Source: Marsupella aquatica
Lineage: Eukaryota > Plantae > Marchantiophyta
Assembly: GCA_973895155.1 (NCBI GenBank)
Contig: OZ316891.1
Coordinates: forward strand, 1,355,324 to 1,419,323
Length of the DNA stretch: 64,000 bases
Direction: 5' to 3'
Positions 1 through 12,500 of this stretch are shown piece by piece. The notes beneath the pieces were generated by a model, which searched no databases, had not been told where the DNA came from, and saw only the letters and a list, made by a program, of their open reading frames with translations. Each line of letters begins with the position of its first letter. Position 1 is the stretch's first letter. Made by a program: the position numbers and the translations under genes.

Positions 1-17
1 AAATATTAGTGCCATAC

Positions 18-3000
18 CTTTTCAGTATATGAACAGCCATTGGTACCCGTTTGGTTTCATAAGAATCCTGTGGAGCGGGAGGTGCAGAAACATGCCCAAC
101 AATATGACTTAGGCGCACAAATCCACCCTCCAAGAGCTCACCTTCACAGCGGTTCTCCACAAGTGACCATACTTCTGGCGATAAAATTACATTCCCTGCA
201 CACAAATGTTAAAATCCATAACATAGTATTATACCGTGAACGTCGTCGTAGGCCTGGGTAGCTAGCTCCCTTGATCAAGAAGAGAAGAGAGGAACATCTG
301 ACATGAAGGAACTTCATTTGTTCGAACGGGAACATGTCTAAGGATGCGGGACCTCCTACCTTTGAAGACAAAGGGTAAACAAAAGAGTTCCACAACTTCT
401 TAAAATCCAAATCCAAAAGTCAAATTAAAATGGCACCAGAGTTTGCATGCTCTTCACAGCAGCGTAGTTGTTCCATAGGTTGCCGAAAGTGCTTCGGCTC
501 ACTTCCAATGGGTACAGGCATGTCTGCCATGAAATATTCCCAGCGGGGCAGCCCAGAAGGCATTTGCAGCCCACCTCCAACACTAAGCATACATACCTGG
601 TACAAAACTTGAGGTAAGAGGAGATCCTTACTGCCAATGAAAACAGCAAAGGAAACGGCGCTTGCACTTTTGTGGAAAGTTAGTCAGGAATGCTATTTAT
701 GGGGTAGGAAATGTGAATTATTTTGGAAACAATTGGCCATTGTACCTTTCCAGCCCCAATGAGGACTTTCAAAGCCAGAGTAAGGGATGCATCAGGGACA
801 GCATCCGAAGAACTTGATCGTTGAAGAATAGCTCTGAGAACGGAATCTCTCTTGCTGCTCTTGAGACGGCTCTTTCTGTGAGTTGGAGAAGCTCCATGGT
901 GACTTAGAGAACCTCTGGCATCCTTGGAATGAATCTGTGCACCTGAATACTTTCTCTGCGGTCTGCCATTGGCTAGTGGGCTCGCATCCCTGGAGGAAAT
1001 CTGATCTGGCTCGTGATTAGTGCGAGAGGCTCTTAAGGTTCTCAGCACAGTTACTAGCTGTGACATGGTCAGAGGTTTTGATAGGAGGTCGTCCATACCA
1101 GCAGCAAGGCATTCTTTTTTTAGCTGGTCATCAACCTTAGTGCTAACCTGAATGACAATGAATGGATCACATGTATGATTGTGAACAGCTAACATGAATG
1201 CCAAGCAAATGAATGACATGTATCATAGGGAAAACACACACAAGCTTCAACCAGGTCCAGGCAGCTCATGGTCAATCCTCAAGAATATAGATAAAATCTC
1301 CGATATGGTTTCTTTTCTACGGTTTTCGAGATTCAAAAGTCAAGTAAGAAGGGATTATATAAAGAATTTATAAACACATACCCCAACGATTGGAGTTTTA
1401 GATCTGCCTTCACTTTGCCAGCACCAAGAAACCCACAGATTCCAAATAGAGTTAGTTTCAGCATTACTGCTTCAAAAACTACCCACTCTTAAGTACGTTT
1501 AATTATCGAAAGTTTCTTTGTTTTCCTCTTATATTTTAGAGGTCAAATTTTGGATAGCAATTGTCATGCAGAAAGTGAAGTATGCTTATGACTTGAAAGT
1601 GGATTCTACAGAAGGTAAATTTCTTTCCACTCGAGTAATCGCACTAAAACCTCGATCATGCGTAAGAATAGCATGTCATATAGAGATCCATTTCTGTTGA
1701 AGTTTCCAGGGTTTGTTTAGGGAAATGCAAAGCAGATTTCTCAAAGTGGAGCCTTACCTCGAGGAACGAAATCTCGCTCCTCAGCCAACTTATCGCTATG
1801 CATGCACAGAATGCAGCTTTCAGTGGACTTAAGCGTTAGAGAAAAAAATAATTGCTGGGCTTACCACTCCGACGAATAATGTGGGTCGCTCTAATCCCAT
1901 CCAGCACTGGCATGTACACATCCATAAAGATTGCATCAAAATTTTGCTTGGAATTAGCTTTGACTGCCTCTCGGCCATTAGCAGCTAGCACCACCTGCAT
2001 CCGAAATAGCACAGGACTTAACTTCGACCCTTCGATTCCAGAAAATGAATAAAAAAGATAAAACGCTTGTGTCGAAGTCCAATGAAGACATTTTGTAGCG
2101 TTTGCCTCTCAGATATTCAGTTATCTATGCTAACATGCTTCAAATCCCTCTCATGGATCTGTCTGAGAATTACTGAATCGAGCCATAGAATCTGAAAGGT
2201 GAATTTCTGATACTTTTATAGAAACTGAAATTACATATGATTGTACTTTTCCTGAGACTAGAACTAAGTACCTCGCAGTTCAGCTTCGATAGCATTTTGC
2301 TTAGAACGACACAGTTAAGCATAATATCATCCACAACGAGAATATGCACCACTTTTTCACTTCCTTTTTTGTCTCTTAACCCTCGCGAACTTAAGGACCG
2401 AGAAACCAGAGACTGCCTTGGTTTGGAATCTTTCAAATCCTTGTCGTCATGTACCGTGCTCTCAAATGCCGTGTTTCCGTAGCCCCCGAGCTATTATCCA
2501 TCCGAAGCAGCCAACAGGACTGTTTATTAGACAAACAGGGCTTGTAGCTCTGCTAGCGATATTAAATGAGGGTAAACCAGCCCAAGATGACTTCTGATCA
2601 GGGTTCACGTTACGTTTGAACTGTAATTTCCTCCAGTACTTCAAGATACTAAAGCCAAAAATAAATCGCAAAGATGTGGTCATTTAAACTATCACTGAGT
2701 CTCAAAGGCGGATAACGTTAAAGGCCAGCACATTTATCGCACTGACTTCTTTCTCCTGCTAAACAGAGCTTTACTACAAGAACGAAAAGTTCACCTCTGG
2801 GGTGTAAGCACCAAGACTTGAGATGAGATCGAATCCACATGCAACCGCTCGAAGAGCACAAGATGCCTGACTCTGTAGGGATCAGAAGCCGTGTGAATGG
2901 CAAATATAACTGGAGTGTTCGCAGCTCTTAACGCAGTTTCTGTCTAGTAGGTGAGGTAAGCATGTTTGAAGATGAATTGCTGAACTGACCAAGAACAAAC

Positions 3001-5836
3001 CACTCTACCTGTCCTTCGTTTGGAAGACAGATGTAAAACTGCTTACATCAAACCAAGGTTGACAATAAGTGGACTGAAATGAATGAAATCTCTCGTTGTT
3101 TTTGAAGTGAGAAGAAGGGAAACAATGCTTGAAGGTTGTTGTTTTTCACAGAGAGCTTCCACATGAGAGCGCATTTCTGATCAAGTAATCAGAGAAGGAA
3201 AGCAATTGCCAAATTGCGCGACACATAACTTGAGGACCTTTGGATAGTGGTTGGAAAGAGATACCTCATTGCTTGCCTTTTGAACTGGAAAGCAGACAAT
3301 TATTGAGTCACCGGCAAACTGTGCAGAAAGAAACAAGAGTCATAAATGAAGACGAAAGAATTGATTGGAATCCATTTACTAACGTTGAAGCGATAGAACC
3401 TCACCAAATGAGAGTTTTGTCAAGGCTTATTTTATAGAGAGATGCTTAAAGGATTCACACTATGACGGACAAAACTCGTTCACGCTGATGACTACGAGGA
3501 GAGCATTAACTTTGACCTTGGAGGCTACATGACTTTTTTATCATTCCAGCAGTCTTCTGTGACTCTCATTACTTGCAGAGAATCGTGCACAAAGCCATTG
3601 AAGATGCCTATGAATTCCTTCACAAGGAGCGTTGCGAAGGGTGGTCTCAATGACGACAAGTGGGTTAGATTCAGGATATCTGGTGATGGATGGAATGACT
3701 ACTGGAGCACTGTTTGTTAAACTTGGAACGTGAATTGTTACTTTACGTGCCACAGAAGCATTGATTCAACAAGACCCCGAAGAAGTAGAATTCTGACCTG
3801 CAATGGACAAATGATTCATTCTTCAAACACAAAGATTTGGTGAAACAGCTGGAAATGCTCCACAAAGTGAGGAGCTCAAAGGCCTCTTCAATGTCGGATT
3901 GCATTGGATCTCATTAGCAAAGAACGATGTCGACTGATGTGATGAAACAAAACTCATGTACCTACAGTTCAAGGTCGATAAAAGGTCAATTTTGGTGATC
4001 TCTCGTCAAGGCATGCTTTCGAATATCATCTTTCACTTGTGGATACAGCTGAAACAAAGTAACCAGCTCAAGCCTTTAAAAAACTAGGAGCTTCAACAAC
4101 ACTGGCTTGTTCAACTCACTTTGCTTGAGGTGTATACAAAAGCGAAAGATGATTTGGGGGAACGAAATCTCTGTCGTCACTATATTGTATGAAGCAAAAA
4201 CAAATTCTTCTTCGAGTGAAGCAAAGAAGAGGAGTACGTAAAATGAGGCTAGGCTACCTTGATAGTATCACCACCATGTTCAATAACCAGCTCTATTGCC
4301 TGCGGAACACGATATCAGTGAAGAAATTTGGTACTGAGAACTGGTGTTAACTGGTCCTATTTACAGTGACAAAAGCAAGGAACCCCTTGCATACGTTGAG
4401 CATGCCAAAAGACAAGTACAAAGGCCACAACCAGCTCGAAGTTCTAATTCTCAGTCTTGATCGGAGAAAGGTCTTGCTCTTTGCGCTGGAGATAATTACT
4501 CGCGATTGCAGATTTTGCTCCTTGGAAAAGTATGGACTGGCGACAAGTATGACAGACCCATCAAAACCACTGTCATATTTAAGTGCTTGTTCTTTAAGGC
4601 TGGACCAGATTGATACACAATTGTAAGCAAGTACTTGAAATACGTCCACCTCATCAAAATAGTTGTTCATGCAGCCTGTCAGCTCTTCCACAAGCTCATT
4701 ACCCCGCTTTGATGTAAGGGCTCTCTCTGTTAAAGTTGTAAACCCAGTGATGTCAGCAATCATTACTGCTCCCGTTACACACTGTATGCTTGGGCTCTCG
4801 CCCAACGGAATGTCTGCAGTGGCCCAACTATTTGGTCAATGAAATCAAAAGAGCCTTGAATTTCATTGCTCAAATGTTTGTCGCTCTCTACTTCTAGTTA
4901 TTCTCACTCATTCTACTGCAATACAAGTTCATGCACTCGCTTCCTAGAATTCTCAGTACATACTAAATTTGCAATAGGTGAGTTCCATCAGTGGTCTATG
5001 CTTTCCCGTTTCTCTGAGTTGTATTGTCAAATTAAAAATCAAAGCGGTGGTCCATGTCTACTATTCGACAAGTCTTAAAACTGATTTGTTTTACGTCGTT
5101 TCTAGTAATCGAGTTGGAAGAACATTCTAAGACTTGGAGAATAATCAAGGACGCACTGGGATGTCGATTCTGAAGGACAAATCTTCCAACCTTTCAATGA
5201 CCTTCGAGTTGTTCTATCGTCATGGCCACTATGTACTTTGTTTAGTAGAGCTAACTACCTATTGCATCAAGAGCTACCATACTCACTTGGGTCATAAAGA
5301 GCCGTGTCAGTCAGCATTTGAGGAATATAGGGGGACAATACTTGTAGTCTCTTCGTAGCTTCCTCTTCGGTATCTAAATCTACTGGGCCTGTAAATGCCC
5401 CATGCGTTGCAAAGTCCTGCCAATCCTCCCAACGAGGGGCCTCCACAAAAGTTCCCCAATCAGATTGCTCGGCCTCATCTGTTGCTTGATCGGTGGCTGA
5501 TGATGCCAACTCCTCATCGAGAACATCAGCTTCTGCAGCTAAAGCGTGTGCAAGTAAACCGCCTGGATCGGACATCCGACGTGATCTCATCTGCTCAAAT
5601 TCTGGAGTGACAGGAGTTTCTTCGAGCTCTGTTTGAAAACGCACTACGGATGGTGCACTGCGCCTAGAGGCTCGCTTTTCTGTTGGAGTTATTATTTGCA
5701 GCTCTCCGAGAGGTCTGTACGATTTTGGATCTTTGATAAGGAAAGTACCAGATGAGTTCTCCTTCACCACAGGAAGACCATGTTGAGAACTATCCCCGCT
5801 ACTTTCAGCCATGATTTCTTTATTATCCTTGTTCAT
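18..5836 (-). CDS. Soluble adenylyl/guanylyl cyclase, sAC/ADCY10-like class III, with an inserted response-regulator receiver domain. Multi-exon and partial: continues beyond position 1.
   Basis: GT-AG exons read by hand: 5287-5836, 4650-4813 (GAVMIADITGFTTLTE...EELTGCMNNYFDE), 4258-4299 (AIELVIEHGGDTIK), 3265-3318 (FAGDSIIVCF), 2795-2872 (CALRAVACGFDLISSLGAY), 2272-2490, 1865-1994, small exon(s) at about 1381-1800 (uncertain), 746-1147 (...LTLALKVLIGAGK), 437-596 (VCMLSVGG...RWEYF...QPMEQLRCCEEHANS), 18-195 (GNVILSPEVWSLV). These motifs follow the order of the sAC C1 domain. Confidence 0.85.
1040..2350 (-). other. CheY-like receiver (REC) domain encoded over several exons inside the cyclase gene
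   Basis: HILVVDDIMLNCVVLSKMLSKLNCE / VVLAANGREAV...FDAIFMDVYMPVLDGIRATHIIRR / KTPIVG / VSTK...ECLAAGMDDLLSKP. The acidic DD pocket, phospho-acceptor Asp, Ser/Thr and Lys-Pro are all present. Confidence 0.9.
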
Positions 5837-6349
5837 GGAAACTGAGATTGGATTTTCTTCTTCCTCTACTGAGAAAGCTGGCAGAAAAGCTGCAACCCTA
5901 ATTTTGAAAAAGAAGTCACATCCGGTGCCAAAACTGCTGAATGAAAATTACTTCGCTCTCCCAACGCAGTTATTTCTCATCTCCCAACATTATTTCTCAA
6001 CTCGTTCAAACTCTAATTACACCCAAACATGAAAAGATTGACTCTCTCACGGCCCCGCTAATGTGCTGTCATTCAAATGCGATCGCTTTCATTTTCTCCC
6101 CTCCATTGCTGTCCCATACGCCTGGTCATTTACCCCCATCAGAATTCCCGTTTTGACCAGGTCAAATCAGCCGAAGAAGTAGAAAGATCTTGGCTTGTGC
6201 AGTGGTGTTCTGTATTTTCTTCTGTTCGTATTTCCTCCTTTCACGTTAGCAACCAATTTTGCTTTGTTGTACTTTCTATCCAAAATGGGCGAATTGGGAT
6301 TCCTAGTCGTAGGACCCCTCCCGGCTTCTGCACAAAGGTTTGATTACTT

Positions 6350-6965
6350 ATCCAATTTTGCCAGGTGCTGTGGTCATCAGCAGAACGCAAATCTTCAATT
6401 ACTGGAAATTCTAACGCGAATTCAAACGAGATGAGATGATCTGTCCAAAGGCAAATGTCGGGACCCAAAAGGACAACGAGGGAGGATTGCAATTAGGATT
6501 GGAATTCGAGTTGTGCGATCTCTCCAGGCTTCTCCAGAGAACTTTAATTGTCTTTATAGATTCACCGGCGAGGTAGTCATAAGCACAATGCAAATCTTCA
6601 CTCACAAAATTCTTGACGCGAACCCAAACTGAACGAGATGATCATTCTGCCAAGGCCGGATCTCAGGACCAAAGACACAACAGGGAGGATGGCATCGGGA
6701 TTACAATTCCAATCGTAGGATCTCCAATCGTAGGTTGTATTAAATTTCGCCGGGTGCCGTGGTCATCAGCAGAGCTGAAATGTTCAATTACGGAATTCCC
6801 GATACGAATCCAGACTAGAAGAAACGATCATTCTGCCAACTCCTGCAGATCTCAGGATCAACAAGGCAACGACTGAAGATCAATTACGGAATTCCTGATG
6901 CGAATCCAAACGAGATGAAATGATCATTCTGCCAAAGTCGGATCTCAGGATCGACAACGCAACGA
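6350..6965. repeat. Degenerate tandem repeat of about 4 units (110-210 bp) upstream of the cyclase gene
   Basis: Recurring core caattacggaattcc...gcgaatccaaacgagatg...gatcattctgccaa...ggatctcagga near 6395, 6600, 6785 and 6880. Confidence 0.7.
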
Positions 6966-7379
6966 GAGAAAATAATAATAGTTACAGTTACAAGTCCCCG
7001 GGCTGCGAAAATTGGCAACAGAGGTATTACGGTAACCGTTGCTGTACGCCTCGATAGGATGCTAATACTGTAACGTACACTGATTTTCGCTCGATCAACG
7101 TAAACAGGCCTTCACAATACAAATCTACAACTACTGTATAATGCCCAATCCCGCCAAATTTAGTCAGTCTTCCCTTTACAAAAACAGTTCTGGGAGAGAA
7201 TGATCAACAGCTGGTGAATTCTTTTGCACTTTCTCTCTAACAGATCAATGCAGAAAGGGGCTAATTGGCCTACAAAAACAGTTTCTGGGCGGGAATGATC
7301 AACAGCCGTTGGATTCTTTTGTACATTTACCCTAACCGTTCGATGCAGAAAGGGGACCCTTGAATGCAAAAAAGGGGCA

Positions 7380-8450
7380 CGGCAGGGGTACTCCATCGTC
7401 ACGTCGGGCCTGAGGCAGGGGTATGCCTGACTCCCTCCCTCATAATTGACGTACGCCATGCTGCCCAGTGCCCAGGAGTGGAGCCGGTACACAACCTGAC
7501 CAGACAGTGCCCACGACTCCTGCCAGGCCCTCGCTTTCTCACTCACCCAATTGTGCAATTGTGCAACGCACAGACATGGTGCTCGTGTATCAATAGATTG
7601 TGAATGTTTGGAGTACAAGCGGAATTGAGTGCAAGGTCTGAAAAGTCTGTGAGAAAGATTTGGAACATCTACTTTGTATAAGAATATGCACCCCATGTGA
7701 TTCCATGATAAATTGAAGCAGCCAAAGGTCTGAAACTATTCATGACAACAAGGTCTATGTGCACTCTGTTGTCTGTTGAAAACCCAGCTGAAGATGATCC
7801 TCCTAAACATATTGGGGGTAGGGGATCTCAAAGACACTCCCCTAAATTGGGACAATAGGGGGTGCCAATGGTGGGCCTCAAAGACATCCAAAAGGTAGAC
7901 CTGTCTCACTAATTGCATATCAAAATGTGACAATATATGCTGCCTTAACCAGCTTGAAGATATTGTGCACTATATCTGGAGTTGCCCCATTTCTTCATCT
8001 GTTTGGCAATAGGTACAATTCATCCTGCGCTGCACCTCTCCCACCCGATGTACTGCCATCTGCCTTCAGCCGGCTCACATCTTTGTGGGTGCCCCCATCC
8101 CGGATGATTGGGACGCTCCCCTGAAACTCTGGCATACTCTCCGGGCCATTGTCTCTTGGATCCTGTGGAAGGATTGGAGCTCACATTTCATTGAGCTTAC
8201 TCGGTCCAGTGACCGGGCGGTCATCCAGAAATCGTGGCACTGTCAAGGGATCTACATACGTAGAGATTGGGCCAAACAACAATTTAAAATTGGGGCCAGT
8301 AAAACCTCTTTAGGTGATGCCATCTCTTACATGATGGTCAATTATGGTTCATGGGATGGACTCTATGAAATCCATGAAGATCTCTTGCAAGTGCCACCGG
8401 TGCCTCCTTGCACCCCATGATGTAGAGTGTTTGTCAGGAGTAGAAGCTTC
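7380..8450 (+). mobile_element. Degenerate non-LTR retrotransposon (LINE) fragment, ORF2 C-terminal region
   Basis: ORF 8085-8420 (LWHTLRAIVSWILWKDWSSHF...WHCQGIYIRRDW) resembles the Trp-rich 'W.IWK.RN..F' tail of plant L1-like ORF2. Upstream frames are broken. Confidence 0.55.
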
Positions 8451-9595
8451 ACTGCAAGCTAGATAGATATTGTTTTAGGCTATATCATGGACCCACTGTT
8501 TGGTGCCCTGCCGGCACCTCTCCACTGGCCGGTCTTTGGAGTTCTGTCGCTCCTTCTGTCTTTGGAGTTCAGTCGCTCCTTCTGCAGTAGTTGAATGTCT
8601 TGTTGAGTGTCTATATCCAGTCATAGTTTCTCATCTTACTCACGGTGTGGCGCCACGGATCTGTTGAACTGTGTGCTAACATACGTTTGGGGTGTCAGAG
8701 CGGTTGTTTCTAGATCATGGAACTTAAATTGGTGGTAAAGCTCCAGCAAGGACTGTCCTGCATGTGATCAGCATGTCAGAAGCAACAATTGATTTTGGGG
8801 AATACCTTTCATCCCTGGTGCTCAATTCTTGATCAGAGAATCCAAATTGTCAGCTCCACTTTCCCCATCAGAACAGGGGAGGAATTTCAATTCAATCCGG
8901 GAAAGAAAAAACAATGTCACCGTACTGACCAGGGCAACAGACATTCTTGCTCACCCATGTCCTAAGACAAGGAAGACAAGAGTCCAGAGCTGCTCCTGCT
9001 CCGAAGTACTCACGATTTATTCAAGGAAACAGAAATCTAGAGCATTAAACTGCCCCGGATCTGGACGTTGATGTCCCCACCTGAAACACATTTCTATGTA
9101 GGCCAAAATATTCAGGTCTTAATAAAAACAAAATGTTCCACAGCATGGAACTTTGCTTACAAAGCCCTATTGCAGGACCTTCTCTCAAAAGTCACGCTAC
9201 CGAATCCTCAGGGTCATACTGCAGCACCTAAAGAAGTGCCCATCCCAAATGGGTAACTCCTTTCCTATTGTGCAGGTGTCATACCTTCTGGAGATTAGGC
9301 TTCGCGCTACACTAAATCCCGAATTGTCTCCACCAACTACTTGCTCTCCAAAACGCAAGTACTCAAAAATCTCTAACGAACTTATCGTACCCACAATCTG
9401 ACATGAAAAGTTTGGGTAAAAGTGTGCGTAGCAATAAGAACATGGCGTGGTCAATGTTCGCGAGGGTTTTTCATGGGTTTAAACTATTATGCTGGCCTAT
9501 GTGGGGCAGGTTTATTGATGAAGATGGTAGCGCACATTATACCCAGACTTTATGAATTTTCAAAACCAAACAATGTGATTTAAACTATTTCAATT

Positions 9596-12500
9596 CTATC
9601 TGGTCCGCAAGAAACCTCTGACTTCTGAGAGAAAAGTGTACAGGTTCTCTCTGAACCTGCGTCTGTTGTTACGGTCTAGTGACGATGACACATGATTGGA
9701 ATTCAACAGCACATGAAAGGCTGTGGCTAAACGGCTCTGTAAAAGTGCATTCTGCTGCCCATCCAGAAGTTCTTGTGCCAGTTTCTGCAGAGAAACGGTC
9801 ACAAACAAGCTGTCAGGCTCTTCCCCGCGACAAAAACATCTGCGATGATCATACCCATAAGCACGGGCTCTTTTGCAAAAACTTTTACCAATTTCCTTGT
9901 CATTTCTTTCTAAATTTATTTATTATCAATCAATATCTCAGTCATAAGCACAGGAAAAAAAACTTCCAAAATCCTGCTGACCTGATAAAGAGCTGTACTG
10001 CAAAGAATCAATGGCAACAAAGCGTCGGCAGCCGGCTCCACCAACTCATTGCTGGTGCCACAAAAAGATTCAGTGCATCAGCTGAGGAGAAGCCATTTCC
10101 AAATTAAAAGAAGGAACTCCAAGATTACCCTTTCTCTGACACAAAAAACTAACCATCAGAAGATGGCCATTAAACAAGCCTATCACACTCATATTCAGGA
10201 ATGCGTTAAATGCAATCAAAAAGCCTAGAACAGTACCTGTAGTCCTCAAAGAGAAGGAATTGCATGACGGAGCGTAGAAAGTGGGCAAGAACCCCTTCCT
10301 TTAGGATACCGTCAGGGCCTGGGCTTGTAACAGCGTGTACGCCAAGACCTTCCTGAGCCCTACATGTGGCTTGATAGTGATAGAATGCAACCGCATTCAG
10401 TGCTGTGAGTGACATATTGACAACCTCCACATCCTGCTTCACAAGAACGAGCAGAACTTCTGTTAACAGAATTAAAAGTTCATGCACTTCGAATACATAG
10501 TTAAAGATTGAGTTCGAAACGTGAGTATAAATGGGACGCAAATGAGTTAGACCATTACCTGATGACGTAGACCAAAATCTAGAGTGTCAACAATTCGCCC
10601 AAAACCCTCTTGAGAAAGCTTGGCAACTTTCTCTGGGTATACTTCCAGCATGTGTGCGAGAAGAGTAAAATACTGCAAAGTTAAGGGCAAAACAGACTAC
10701 ATAAGAAGCTTGCTAACGTTTATTTTAATCCCCAAAGCCACTTTTTTCCGAAACCATCAATGATAGAATTTCAGCTAGTATCCAAGTATTCCATAAACAC
10801 TATATGCTTCAATAGCAGAATTATGATAATTATCACTTCAATGTACGGATTCCGAACCAGGAGATTACGAGCAGAATTGCCATTTATACCTGACGGCATA
10901 GTTTTGGATACTTCAGTAAATCCACCGACATGAGAGGAGTAATGATATGCAATCCTAAATAGACTACCTGCACGATACAGTATGATGACATTTTTAACAC
11001 AGCTGAATAACAGTTCAGATTAAAAACGCTTTCCAGCTGTGAAGTACAAAAACCATTGAAATGTTCCAGGAACCAAATGCTCGATCTCAGCTGTGTTCCA
11101 GCAGATGTAGGGAAGACTAATTCCGATCAAGTGTAAACAGCTATATGGTCCAGCGAAAACTGAGTAGGTAGTTGTACTTACTTGGGCAACATCTGGATTT
11201 TCTACTTCACCGTTTGCGTCACAAGCAAAATCGATCTGCATAATGAAAAAAAATTAAAAGTAAAATTTGGAGCTGCCAGCAAAGTGATATAGAAACGACA
11301 GGTCGAAACCCTAGCAATGCCGTGTATTCCGTAAAGCGAGCAATCCCTAAAACAGCTTTGATCAGGTACTTGCCGGCTTACCAAGTCCTTCGAACTCAGG
11401 TTAGTGAGGAGTTGCAGCAAAGCACGAAGGTCCTTGTACTTCTCTTTTTGAGTTTCACTTAGAAGATTCATGGACTTGCTTATTGATACCTGTAACAAAA
11501 GTAGCCAACTCCGAACACTCAATTGCCACTGACTAATATCTGCTGAAGCCAAACTCAGGCTGACAAGTTCAGTTGGAGAATTGTATACATCTGGGCGACC
11601 TCCATTTGTGTGTACATCACGGTTTCCATGTTCTCATCAATTTATGTGGGATTTTAACTGGATTTTTAGTTCAAAAGTCCTTTTAAATAATTTTAAAATA
11701 AGATTATTTAGAGTAGTAAAACTTACGTGAAACTTCTGAAACCAATTAAAAATCTTATAAAAATTACATCAAAGACCACAGATCCCCAACAAATACTGCC
11801 CTTACATGACAACTCAAACAACACGGTTCGAGCTCATATACTGGCTTTAAGTAGCATCTATATGTTCTACCAGGGCTCAGTGGCCCACCCCATAGATTGG
11901 ATGCATTGCTTTTATATTTTCAAGAGAACACACCTTGCCTATGTTATGTGCTGAGTAGATTTCCAGCAGCCGAACACAGAACTGAAAAAGAACTGTAGTA
12001 TCCTTGGCCTCCAAAAAGGCGACTTGCCCATCCACCCAGTCAACCACATACTTCAGCAACAGATATACCACAGATGACTGCACCAAAATAAAATCACCAC
12101 CTTAGGAAACTCAGAAGAACCCACAACGATCTAGATGTTAAATGACATCAAACTACACGTTCCCAACTTGGAGTCATGTGAAACTAGTCACTGAAAAATC
12201 CGGTTCTTGGACCCAAACTAACGTAAACCAGCAATGAATTCTAAGCCGTTCTACTACTCTAGTTTCTGTGTTCCCGACAGATGATGAACAATTGAAAATT
12301 AATTCTAAGCAAGCTTCAAGCAGGAAATTGTAAGTAATTAAGTATTGATGCAGTTAGAGTATACCTGATGCTTGTAAGTTTGCAAAAGGATCAACAAGGG
12401 TTCCATCACGGCAGACCCTACTTCAAAGATAGCCTTTTGGCTTCGCGGGAGTGTAGCTCTCGCAGCACCTCTCAGTCTTTCTATTAAGCAGCTGACCTGT

